64,000 nt of DNA from sequence record PZ386963.1; one strand, written 5' to 3'. This stretch comes from a phage. Position 1 is the stretch's first letter. Every line of letters starts with the position of its first letter. Below the pieces are notes generated by a model, which was not told the DNA's origin, ran no database searches, and saw only the letters and a program-made list of their open reading frames with translations. Shown one piece after another: positions 9,567 to 18,641 of the stretch. The translations under genes and the position numbers were made by a program.

Positions 9567-9823
9567 TTTTACTCCCTCTAAAATCATTAACCTCATACAT
9601 TACTGCAAAAAATTATAAAAAGCAAGTTGACAATGCACTTGACAAGGTGTTAATCTTTGCGAAGTGGGTTTTTACTTAAAAGGTTACTTAACAGTTTAAC
9701 TATACAGATACTTTAAAACTCTTAAAAGATTATTTAATAGCTTTTAAAAAGCTTTAAAGTATAACGTATAGAATACGTTAAGATAAAAGATTAAAACTTA
9801 ATAGTTACTTAAAAGAGGCTTAC

Positions 9824-10246
9824 ATGCAGAAAATGTTTGTTCACCCAGACATAGCTGACTTTGTTAGAGCTTTGCAGAAGTTGGAAGAACTTGACATTGC
9901 TGCTCAACGGGAATATGCTCACCATCACAGGAGAATGGTTGATATACAACATGAAATAGAGTTATCTGAAAACTATGAAGATGACTTAAAATGCTCTGTG
10001 TTTGAGCATATGAAAGATGTTGCTACAGCGAGACGTAAAGCTAAAGACACAGTTGCTTTACTAGATTCTCTTAAAAAGAGGTTGCAAAGTGGTACAGACC
10101 TGTGTAATCTAGCGTCACTGATTAACGATGTTGAAACTTCTTGGGATAGGCACTATTATCCACGTTCTGAAAAGACACTTGACTTTTCTTCATCCGAAAA
10201 CTTAAAATGTTCTAGAAAGAAGCTTAACCAACTGAGAGAGAAATAA
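9824..10246 (+). CDS. Hypothetical protein
   Basis: 140-aa ORF, first gene of plus-strand block. Confidence 0.4.
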   Translation: MQKMFVHPDIADFVRALQKLEELDIAAQREYAHHHRRMVDIQHEIELSENYEDDLKCSVFEHMKDVATARRKAKDTVALLDSLKKRLQSGTDLCNLASLINDVETSWDRHYYPRSEKTLDFSSSENLKCSRKKLNQLREK

Positions 10247-10247
10247 T

Positions 10248-11048
10248 ATGAATATCGATGTAGAAAAGATGCTTGAAGAAAAAGGTATTGACGAAGCGTT
10301 CTTAATCAATGCCGTAGAAAGCATGGCTATGATTCTTCGTGGCAACAACTACACAGAACAGTTTATGCCTGCAAGTTATAACTTGCCTGAAGACAAGTCT
10401 GATAACGGTGCTTTTGCAGAACAGGTCAACATGATGCTTTGCGACAAAACACTCGCTTTAGCATCTATCGTTGTAGGTGTTGATGCTCTTGCAGAGTTCA
10501 TTTTTTATGAGATGCAGAAAAATGACTATATTGCCATGACCACTGAAGAAAAAGACTTGCTACTACTCGCAGGTAATGATGAACTAATTGACCTGTTAAT
10601 TTCATCAACAAGTGCTGTTATGGCTGCTCTTGAGAAGCGTATGGAAGAGAAACTTTCACGATATGAAAAACTTGATTGGGGCGTAGAAGAACTAAACCCA
10701 CGAATCAAGGAGATTATCCAGCAAACTAAAGAGTCTTTGGAAGAAGCTGTTGAAAATGACTCTGTAGCTGATATAGAACCACTTCAGGTGAAAGTTGCAC
10801 TGATGATTCCAGCTATCTCTACGATGATGAATATCGTTGCACTAATCCAGCTTTCACAGATGATGGGTGTGAGTATTGAGTTCATTGAGGAGATGACTGG
10901 CGGTGTTAGTATGCAAGCAATCAATGATGTTTTGGTGAACATTGGTGCTTCAATCATTGAAGAGAAACTACGCATTAACTTCGGTGATGATTTTGTGAAG
11001 CAACTCTCAGCTATGGCTGAAAAAGAGTCTGCTGAGCAACTGCACTAA
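10248..11048 (+). CDS. Hypothetical protein
   Basis: 266-aa ORF. Confidence 0.4.
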   Translation: MNIDVEKMLEEKGIDEAFLINAVESMAMILRGNNYTEQFMPASYNLPEDKSDNGAFAEQVNMMLCDKTLALASIVVGVDALAEFIFYEMQKNDYIAMTTEEKDLLLLAGNDELIDLLISSTSAVMAALEKRMEEKLSRYEKLDWGVEELNPRIKEIIQQTKESLEEAVENDSVADIEPLQVKVALMIPAISTMMNIVALIQLSQMMGVSIEFIEEMTGGVSMQAINDVLVNIGASIIEEKLRINFGDDFVKQLSAMAEKESAEQLH

Positions 11049-11109
11049 ATCTTTATAAATCTTACAAGCCTCCTTAGTTGGGGGCTTTTTAGTAATTAAG
11101 GGAGATAAA

Positions 11110-11853
11110 ATGAGTAATATTATCGCATTTACTGGAAAGGCACGTTCTGGAAAAGACACCTCATGTTCTATTGTGAAGAACATCTTAGAGGATGAGTACG
11201 GCTACAATGTTGCAGTAATGGCCTATGCAGACAACCTTAAGCTATCTGCATCAAAGATATTTGACCTGACTTGGAATGACCTGTATGGTGAAACTAAAGA
11301 GATTCCACAGGTTTTTGACTTATCATATCCTGAACTGATGTCAAAAGTTACAGAAGCTATGGAGTTTACCTTCAGAGATGAAGGTTACCATATGGACTTC
11401 AAGCTTATGTCAGAGTTAACCGGACGATTGATTATGGAGCTTAAGAAGGTCGCTAAACCAACTCTATTGACACGTCTGGGATTTAGCAAGAAGTATAAAT
11501 TCTCATCAAGACAAATTCAACAGATTTGGGGTACTGAAGTTATCCGTAAAGTTATGGGTGACAAATTCTGGGCTAAAGACCTTGAAAAAAGAATGGTTAG
11601 ATTCTATGAAATGTGCTCACTTAGAAATCAATATGGTTTTGTCTTAATCAGTGATTTAAGATTTGACTCTGAAGCTGAATGGCTGAGTAGATTTGCACAC
11701 CAAACTATTGAAGTAAAAAGAGACAATGTGGACAAAGTTTCATCACATGTTTCAGAAAATGGGATTTCTACAAAATATGAGCGTGACATTATTCATAATA
11801 ATGGTACTCTTGCAGACCTTGAGAACAAGCTAAGAGCCATCATTAAAGTTTAA
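11110..11853 (+). CDS. dnk: Deoxynucleoside monophosphate kinase
   Basis: N-terminal P-loop IIAFTGKARSGKDT as in T4/T5 dNMP kinases. Confidence 0.7.
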   Translation: MSNIIAFTGKARSGKDTSCSIVKNILEDEYGYNVAVMAYADNLKLSASKIFDLTWNDLYGETKEIPQVFDLSYPELMSKVTEAMEFTFRDEGYHMDFKLMSELTGRLIMELKKVAKPTLLTRLGFSKKYKFSSRQIQQIWGTEVIRKVMGDKFWAKDLEKRMVRFYEMCSLRNQYGFVLISDLRFDSEAEWLSRFAHQTIEVKRDNVDKVSSHVSENGISTKYERDIIHNNGTLADLENKLRAIIKV

Positions 11854-11861
11854 AAGAGAGA

Positions 11862-12062
11862 ATGAAGATGAGAGTAAAAGACAATTTTAAAGTTATTGAC
11901 CACCGTTTAGTGGAACTCTCATCTCTTTCCAATGAGGTAATGATTGAACGTCTTAAGAGAGTTGAATCACGAAGGAAAGAGATTGCAGATGAAATTCATG
12001 AACTGGACAAGATTGAAAATGGATTAAAAGCAGAACTACAACGAAGAGGTGCTAATGTCTAA
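11862..12062 (+). CDS. Hypothetical coiled-coil protein
   Basis: 66-aa ORF. Confidence 0.35.
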   Translation: MKMRVKDNFKVIDHRLVELSSLSNEVMIERLKRVESRRKEIADEIHELDKIENGLKAELQRRGANV

Positions 12063-14040
12063 AGGTCGTAAATTGAAAGAGGCTGGTCAGTTTATTGGTC
12101 ATTGTGCATGTCCACGTTGTGGTTCATCAGATGCTGGTTCAATCTATCATCATGACGATGATTCTTATTCGATGACTTGCTTTAGCTGTAACAAAGGTTT
12201 CCCAGAGTGGGATTTTGATAAAGGACAAATCGTGAGCACTTATTCTACTGGTTCAGACAATAAAAACCGTACTTTCCGTGGAATGGATTTAGTCGATGTA
12301 AAAGAAAACCTTGAAGCAATGGACTTGAAAGACAGGAAGATTCCTGCAAAAGTTCTTGAGCGTTTGGGTATTAAGGTTGACATTGACAGTGATGGTGAAA
12401 TTGATGCGCATTTCTATCCAACTTACAAACGTAATGAAGATGGTAAGCTAGAGCACGTCGGTTACCGTGTACGTCATCGTTATCCAGAAGACCATCCAAA
12501 AGAACACCTACGAGGTAAGCTAAAAGACTTTTCAGGTGGTGTTGGAGACATTAAAGGTGAACTGGCAATGTTCGGTTCATGGATTGCTCCAGAAGGTGGT
12601 AACCGTCTATTCATCTGGGAAGGTGAGATGGAATGTGCGACAGCAATTTATATGACTTCTCTTGCGATTAAGGACAAGTCTCGTCGTAAGAATTACTGTC
12701 ACGTATCTGTTCCATCAGGTGCAAACATTAAGTCTATCAAAGACAACTATCAGTACATTACATCATTTGATGAGATTTACTTGTGCTTTGATAACGATGA
12801 AGCAGGTGCTAAAGCTACCAAAGAGGCTGCTGGCATTCTCCCTATCGAGAAGGTTCGTTTATTCCAGTATCCAGAAGGCGTAAAAGACCTTAACGAATGG
12901 TGGACAAAGTTCTATAAAGAGAAAGATACAGTTCTGGAAGGATTTAAGCAGCGTATCTACAATGCACCTCGTTACTGTCCTGCTGGTATCAAGAACTTCG
13001 CAGATGGTTTTGAGGCAATGAAGAATCGTGGTCAGATTCCATTGATTCCTTTCCCAGAATCATTCGGAGATTTGAACAGACTGACTTATGGTGGTTATGG
13101 ACTAGGTGAGATTACAACTCTGGCAGCACCATCTTCAGTGGGTAAATCAGCATACACTCGTGAAATGATTTACACAGCTTGGAAAGAAACCGATTACAAT
13201 ATTGGTGTAATTCCTGTAGAAGATACCTATGAAGAGTTGATGGAGATGCTCTGTGCAATCCACCTGAGCAAGCAGATTTCTGAGATTCCTTATGACGAAC
13301 GTGATTGGGATGAATTGAAGGGAGCGCACGCAGAACTATCTAAAGGTCGTCGTATCCACATCGTAGACCATCAAGGGGCAATTGACCAAGATAACTTACT
13401 GGAGTTTGTTGACTATCTTGTTAATAGCTTAGACTGTAAGATTATTATTCTTGACCCTATTACGTTGGCTCTGTCACGTTCAGATACGGATGAAGAGGAA
13501 GTTTTGTCTGAGCTATTGCGTCGTTGCAAACGCTACCAGTATGCACAAGTGAACGTCTGTCACGTTCGTAAGAGTGCAGGTGGTCAGAAGGCTAACTCTG
13601 AAGGTGGGGATATCTCTGAAGAGGATATTAAAGGCTCTGGTGCGTATTTCCAGATTTCTATGAACAACATTCTGTTAATGCGTAACAAGGTTGACCCAGA
13701 CCCTGTTAAGAAAAACTTGACAAAAATCAAGCTAACTAAATGTCGTCGTCACGGTAAGTCAACGGGTATTGCTGGTCATACTTGGTACAATCCAGATACA
13801 GGACGCCTCATCAAAGCATCTGGTTGCGGAGTTGACATTGATGGTGCAGCAGAAAATATTCGCCAACAGTTTGGTATTGGTGAAGCTGAAGACCATTACG
13901 ATGACTCTTTGCCACATTATGAGGATGAAGTGTTTGACCGTGAGACTGGTGAAGTCTATACTGAAGAGCAGCGCCAAAGCTCAACGATTCCACCTGTATT
14001 AAGTGAGGATGCAGATGACTGCCCATTCGAAACTGAGTGA
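12055..14040 (+). CDS. Bifunctional DNA primase-helicase (T7 gp4-like)
   Basis: N-terminal zinc finger CPRCGS...CFSCNKG, TOPRIM-like DNDEAG, Walker A GLGEITTLAAPSSVGKS; ATG start at 12055. Confidence 0.85.
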   Translation: MSKGRKLKEAGQFIGHCACPRCGSSDAGSIYHHDDDSYSMTCFSCNKGFPEWDFDKGQIVSTYSTGSDNKNRTFRGMDLVDVKENLEAMDLKDRKIPAKVLERLGIKVDIDSDGEIDAHFYPTYKRNEDGKLEHVGYRVRHRYPEDHPKEHLRGKLKDFSGGVGDIKGELAMFGSWIAPEGGNRLFIWEGEMECATAIYMTSLAIKDKSRRKNYCHVSVPSGANIKSIKDNYQYITSFDEIYLCFDNDEAGAKATKEAAGILPIEKVRLFQYPEGVKDLNEWWTKFYKEKDTVLEGFKQRIYNAPRYCPAGIKNFADGFEAMKNRGQIPLIPFPESFGDLNRLTYGGYGLGEITTLAAPSSVGKSAYTREMIYTAWKETDYNIGVIPVEDTYEELMEMLCAIHLSKQISEIPYDERDWDELKGAHAELSKGRRIHIVDHQGAIDQDNLLEFVDYLVNSLDCKIIILDPITLALSRSDTDEEEVLSELLRRCKRYQYAQVNVCHVRKSAGGQKANSEGGDISEEDIKGSGAYFQISMNNILLMRNKVDPDPVKKNLTKIKLTKCRRHGKSTGIAGHTWYNPDTGRLIKASGCGVDIDGAAENIRQQFGIGEAEDHYDDSLPHYEDEVFDRETGEVYTEEQRQSSTIPPVLSEDADDCPFETE

Positions 14041-14292
14041 TAGTTATAAAAGAGAGGGGTTCACACCCTTCTTTGAAGAAAAAAGTTTAAATAAATTTCA
14101 GGAAGAGTGTTTGACAAAGATTGATAGGTTCTATAGAATGCTCCTTATGAAATGCGATGGGGAAGTTGAGATAAAAGAAGATTTCCACCAAAGCATGATT
14201 ACAGTCATCATTGCGCTGCCTCAGCATAATATTAGCTGGCTGTTTATAATTAAAGAAAATGTGTTTGAATATCAAGTATATCGGAGAATATC

Positions 14293-14442
14293 ATGAAACA
14301 CTCTAAAGCATTTGAAAAAGTTTTTGGGGATTCCTTAAAAGCCACTGCTGGAAAACCAGCAAAATACTATGAAGAGAAACGTGTAAGAACTGGAAAAACT
14401 GCACGTAAAGCAGCTTCTAAAGATAAGCACAACTTCCAGTAA
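14293..14442 (+). CDS. Small basic hypothetical protein (49 aa, below ORF-track cutoff)
   Basis: ATG at 14293, stop TAA 14440-14442. Confidence 0.25.
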   Translation: MKHSKAFEKVFGDSLKATAGKPAKYYEEKRVRTGKTARKAASKDKHNFQ

Positions 14443-14514
14443 TTAGTATTTGACAATAGAGTATCAACAAATTAGAATTGGTACTCTTCATAAATTGAGA
14501 TAGAGGTTTAAATA

Positions 14515-15372
14515 ATGTCTAAAGTTGTTAAAATGAAAGCTCCGGTAGAGAAGTACAACGGTACTGAACGTCAAACTCTGCGTTACCTGCTGAAAGATGT
14601 CTGGTTTTATTACCTGAACACTTCACCACGTCCGGGGAAAGGTAAGTCTATTGATAAAAAATTCCCAGGAAAAGATTGTAACTACAGCGTATCAATTCTG
14701 GCAGAGGACGGTAACAAACTGTTTAAAGAGTTTACTAAGTCTAAGAAAAATCCAGAAGGCTGGGATAAAGTTACTACTGAAGCAGTTGATGCAGATGACT
14801 TCGAAGAGAAGTTTGGTTGTAAACCACCTTTTGAAGCAGATACTTACTACATCTTGAAAGTAAGTCGTGCAGCAGCTTATAAAGATGGTGCTGTATGGAC
14901 AGCTAAACAGTCATTCCCTGTAATGCTGATTGAAGAAGTAAATGGTAAGCGTGTAGCTGTTAAGCAGCCGATGAAGAAAATCAAAGCTCAAGCATCTGAT
15001 AAACATGAAGATGACAAGAACTATGACGTAATTCATCCAGATATCGCAGTTGGTAACGGTTCTTTTGGTAGTGTGATTCTTTCTACTCACTTCTACACTT
15101 TTGAGAACAATGTTCTGACAAAACCTATTCAGGAACAGTTTATCATTGATACTCTTGTACCTTACACTGGTGGCAACGGTGCTAACGGTGAGCCTGAACT
15201 GGATGAAGATGAACTGGCTATGCTTGGTCTTGATGGTGTTGAAGATAACGGTGAAATCACTGAAGAAGACGCAACAGACCATAAATCTTCGAATGCTTCT
15301 GATGATGGTGATGATGAAGATTTGCCAGACCCAGATGACGAAGAAGATGAAGACTTCGATACAGAAGACTAA
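14515..15372 (+). CDS. Putative ssDNA-binding protein with acidic C-terminal tail
   Basis: C-terminus DDGDDEDLPDPDDEEDEDFDTED; sits between primase-helicase and flap endonuclease. Confidence 0.4.
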   Translation: MSKVVKMKAPVEKYNGTERQTLRYLLKDVWFYYLNTSPRPGKGKSIDKKFPGKDCNYSVSILAEDGNKLFKEFTKSKKNPEGWDKVTTEAVDADDFEEKFGCKPPFEADTYYILKVSRAAAYKDGAVWTAKQSFPVMLIEEVNGKRVAVKQPMKKIKAQASDKHEDDKNYDVIHPDIAVGNGSFGSVILSTHFYTFENNVLTKPIQEQFIIDTLVPYTGGNGANGEPELDEDELAMLGLDGVEDNGEITEEDATDHKSSNASDDGDDEDLPDPDDEEDEDFDTED

Positions 15373-15434
15373 TCTCTAAAAGTTACTTTAAAGCCCTGTA
15401 CTTAGTATGGGGCTTTTTCATATGGAGAGCCATA

Positions 15435-16475
15435 ATGGAGAAGTACACATTAACAAAACTTCCCGATTCAGTTACACATGTTTTTATTGACTCTGACAGC
15501 ATTGCCTATAAAGGTGCTTGTGTAGTTGAGAAAGCAAAATATAAATATGTCAATAAACTCACAGCAGAAGAATCTGATTCGTTTGATAATGCAAAAGATG
15601 CTGCAAGATGGTTAGCAGACCAGAGAATCCTTGTGGAAGAGCTTGGTCTGACATTTGATGAAGATGAATGGGAAAGACAGACTTGGAAAGAAGCTAAGAG
15701 TGAAAAAGAAGCTATCATGGCTACTCAACAGGTGCTTCAGGAATGGCTTAAGGTTGTTGGTAAAAAAAGAACTTGGGTAGGTTATTTAACAGAGAAAGGT
15801 GTGCATAAACATAAAGACGTTAAAGGTCTTGAGCACCAATATCAAGGCAACCGTAAAGATGCTGTCACACCAACACACCTAGTTGCTTGTCGTGAGTATC
15901 TTCTGTCAAGACCAGAGTTCAAACTCTTAAAGGGTGGCTTCGAAGCTGATTCAATCGTAATTGCTAAAGCTGAAAAGATGGGTAAGAAAGCCGCTCTTAT
16001 GAGTATTGACAAAGACCTTCGACAAGCTGAAGGGACTTATTGTATTGATATGACTTATGAAAAATCACCACTAATTTTTATTGCTGACAATAATGTTGGT
16101 GATATCTGGGATTGTCCTATCAAATCAAAACCAAAAGCTGCAAAAACAGTTGGTGTAGGTTTTAAATTCTTGTGTTATCAGGCTGTTGCTGGAGATAATG
16201 CAGACAACTACTTCGGCCTTAAGGGTGCTGGTAAAGTAGCTGTGATGAATGCTTTAGATGGTAAAGAGACCTATAAAGAGTGTCTTGACGCTATCTATGA
16301 ACTCTATGCTAAAAAAGACTCTTATACCTATGTGTCATGGGATGGACAGACTGTTACAAAGACACCGTTAGAGTTAATGGAACAGCATTTCTGGATAGCA
16401 TATCAAGAGAGAAATCCAAAAGATAATTTCTCTTTCAAGAAATATAATTGGGAGCCGTGTATGAATGAAGATTAA
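15435..16475 (+). CDS. 5'-3' exonuclease / flap endonuclease (FEN family)
   Basis: VFIDSDSIAY, GFEADSIVIA and GxxGxGxK H3TH-like motifs. Confidence 0.7.
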   Translation: MEKYTLTKLPDSVTHVFIDSDSIAYKGACVVEKAKYKYVNKLTAEESDSFDNAKDAARWLADQRILVEELGLTFDEDEWERQTWKEAKSEKEAIMATQQVLQEWLKVVGKKRTWVGYLTEKGVHKHKDVKGLEHQYQGNRKDAVTPTHLVACREYLLSRPEFKLLKGGFEADSIVIAKAEKMGKKAALMSIDKDLRQAEGTYCIDMTYEKSPLIFIADNNVGDIWDCPIKSKPKAAKTVGVGFKFLCYQAVAGDNADNYFGLKGAGKVAVMNALDGKETYKECLDAIYELYAKKDSYTYVSWDGQTVTKTPLELMEQHFWIAYQERNPKDNFSFKKYNWEPCMNED

Positions 16476-16962
16476 AGGATTTGGCAATTGTCCCACCTAC
16501 GGTCATTGGGTATCTTTATGTGGGGAAGTTGACCCCACTAAACATTTTGGCTTTGTCTATTTAGTACACTGTAAGAAGACTGGACAATATTATATCGGAA
16601 AGAAACAGCTTAACAGTGTGACCAAAAGAAAAGTTGCTGGGAAGACTCGGAAGAAGGTAGTCACTAAGGAAAGTGATTGGATGACTTACGAGACTTCTTC
16701 TGAGTATATTAAAAAAGATATTGAGAGCTTTGGAAAAGAATTTTTTGACTTTTACATTATCCAAACCTACTACACAAAAGGTGGCCTAGTTTATGGTGAA
16801 GCAAACCTTCAACATAAGTTCGATGTAATGACAAAAAGGATTGACTCGAAGCTCAGACTCTTCTACAATGCCAATATTGCAGCAATTAAGTTTATTACTA
16901 AAGAAACTTATGAAGATGCTGAAAAAAGAATCCATAAGGTAATGAAAGCAAATTGTGCTTGA
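16465..16962 (+). CDS. Hypothetical protein
   Basis: 165-aa ORF. Confidence 0.4.
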   Translation: MKIKGFGNCPTYGHWVSLCGEVDPTKHFGFVYLVHCKKTGQYYIGKKQLNSVTKRKVAGKTRKKVVTKESDWMTYETSSEYIKKDIESFGKEFFDFYIIQTYYTKGGLVYGEANLQHKFDVMTKRIDSKLRLFYNANIAAIKFITKETYEDAEKRIHKVMKANCA

Positions 16963-16983
16963 TAACTATTGAGAGAGAATAAA

Positions 16984-17232
16984 ATGTTTAACAAAAGTAA
17001 AGCTGTAAGTCATGTAGCAAAAGTTGACAGCAAGATTGAAGAACTTGAGCGCATTCTTGCAAATGCTAAAGAGTCAATCATTAAAGAAGTTGAAGCTGTT
17101 GAATCTCAAATGCAGCACCTGATGCTTAAACGTCAAGAGCTACGTGAGCACCTAGAATATATTGAAACACGAGAGCTAAAGGTTAACAAATATTTTAAGG
17201 AGTCCGAATGTTTAACTCAAGAGAATCAGTAA
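16984..17232 (+). CDS. Hypothetical coiled-coil protein
   Basis: ATG at 16984 behind GAGAGAG RBS. Confidence 0.35.
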   Translation: MFNKSKAVSHVAKVDSKIEELERILANAKESIIKEVEAVESQMQHLMLKRQELREHLEYIETRELKVNKYFKESECLTQENQ

Positions 17233-17963
17233 AAAACTGGAACCTTCGTTGTGGGAACACTCAAAAGCAACCTTACAGCAATGAGTATTGGGAATCTTTA
17301 AAATCTCAATCTCTGTGTATGCTTGAAGAAGCAAAAGAGCTTGTAAAAGCAATTGAAGAGAAAGACCCCATTGAGACACTGGATGCTCAGGCAGATTTGC
17401 AATATGTTCTTGATGGCTTGATTTATCTGTCACAACATGACCATAACGGTGCTATGAAAGCTGTTTGCCATAATAATGACCTGAAGTACACAGATGACTA
17501 TGAAGAAGCTTTAAAACGTCTTGCAGACATTGAAAAGCGTACTGGTCAAGAGTGTATTATCAGAATGTCAGTAGTTGATGGTAAAGAGTGGTATGCGATT
17601 GTTCGTGCAGCCGATGGGAAGATTATGAAGCAATCAAATATCCCTAAAGTACAGCTTGGTGAATACATTGTAGAACTTGAAAGCCAAGAACTTTTTGTGG
17701 TAGTATCTGAGACATGCGTTATCTGCAAAGGTATTGTAGGTAGCTTAAAGGATTTGGGTGTAGATGGTTTTGTAGAAGTTAATCCAATTACCTCTAAAGC
17801 AGATAAAGATTTCTGTAAAGAGAACGGACTATGGATTGCAGATATTGTCTACTATGATGGTGAGCAGTTCCATGTAACCTCATACCCGAAACTGAATTAT
17901 GATGCTAATAACCTGAAGTGCTGGTTAAAAGGGGTTGGTTATAATGGCTTCACAGAACATTAA
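17208..17963 (+). CDS. Hypothetical protein
   Basis: 251-aa ORF. Confidence 0.4.
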   Translation: MFNSRESVKNWNLRCGNTQKQPYSNEYWESLKSQSLCMLEEAKELVKAIEEKDPIETLDAQADLQYVLDGLIYLSQHDHNGAMKAVCHNNDLKYTDDYEEALKRLADIEKRTGQECIIRMSVVDGKEWYAIVRAADGKIMKQSNIPKVQLGEYIVELESQELFVVVSETCVICKGIVGSLKDLGVDGFVEVNPITSKADKDFCKENGLWIADIVYYDGEQFHVTSYPKLNYDANNLKCWLKGVGYNGFTEH

Positions 17964-18267
17964 TAAAGAGGGTGTGGCTCAGAAGAGCCACTTCTCAAAC
18001 TACAATATTTCTATGACGGTGTTTATGAATGACCCGTTACTTGAAAAGTATGGTGAGACTCCAGATACACTTCTGGATAATGAACAAGTTTTAAAAGCAG
18101 TCCTGTACAAATATGGGATTGATATTGAGAAAGAGTATTCCTTTGAAATCTGCCAACACAGGAACACTTTCGGTAAAGTTGTGATGGCTCCACTCTTTAT
18201 GGGTGTAGAAAGGACTGACTATGGTTGGTTGTATCTAAAAAGAAACTTGGAGAAATACCGTGTCTAA
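17935..18267 (+). CDS. Hypothetical protein
   Basis: 110-aa ORF. Confidence 0.35.
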   Translation: MVIMASQNINKEGVAQKSHFSNYNISMTVFMNDPLLEKYGETPDTLLDNEQVLKAVLYKYGIDIEKEYSFEICQHRNTFGKVVMAPLFMGVERTDYGWLYLKRNLEKYRV

Positions 18268-18595
18268 AGCAAAAAAGCTATCTTATGATGACATCATCTC
18301 AGGTGCTAAGTTAGGTGTTGACAGTATCGGACAAGATATCAAGCACGGAGACACAGTTATGTACTGTGATGACCGAAGAGGCAGAAGTGCAATCTTGTTT
18401 GGAAGAATTGTTTGCAAGATGAGAGGTAATTACGTTGTTGCAGACATGGATGTGAACGTTACACAAAAACTTGAAACAATTATGGATGCTAGCGCACCAT
18501 CATGGTTCCTAAATTGTATGCACACTTCTTCAGTCACAAAAGTAAGTGATAAGTTTTACGATATGTGGCAGAATGAGCAAATTTTCAAGATTTAA
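18260..18595 (+). CDS. Hypothetical protein (probable GTG start)
   Basis: 111-aa ORF, GGAGAAA RBS upstream. Confidence 0.35.
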   Translation: MSKAKKLSYDDIISGAKLGVDSIGQDIKHGDTVMYCDDRRGRSAILFGRIVCKMRGNYVVADMDVNVTQKLETIMDASAPSWFLNCMHTSSVTKVSDKFYDMWQNEQIFKI

Positions 18596-18600
18596 ACTAT

Positions 18601-18626
18601 GGAGCCTCTTCGGAGGCTCTTTTCAT
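18601..18626 (+). terminator. Rho-independent terminator
   Basis: GGAGCCTC-TTCG-GAGGCTC hairpin followed by T-run. Confidence 0.6.
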
Positions 18627-18641
18627 CTGTAGGATTCAAAA

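Noticed and set aside
12049-12054. GTG start codon proposed by the ORF track for the primase-helicase
   Set aside because: The ATG at 12055 lies at optimal distance behind a GAAGAGG RBS, so the 2-codon extension is unlikely.
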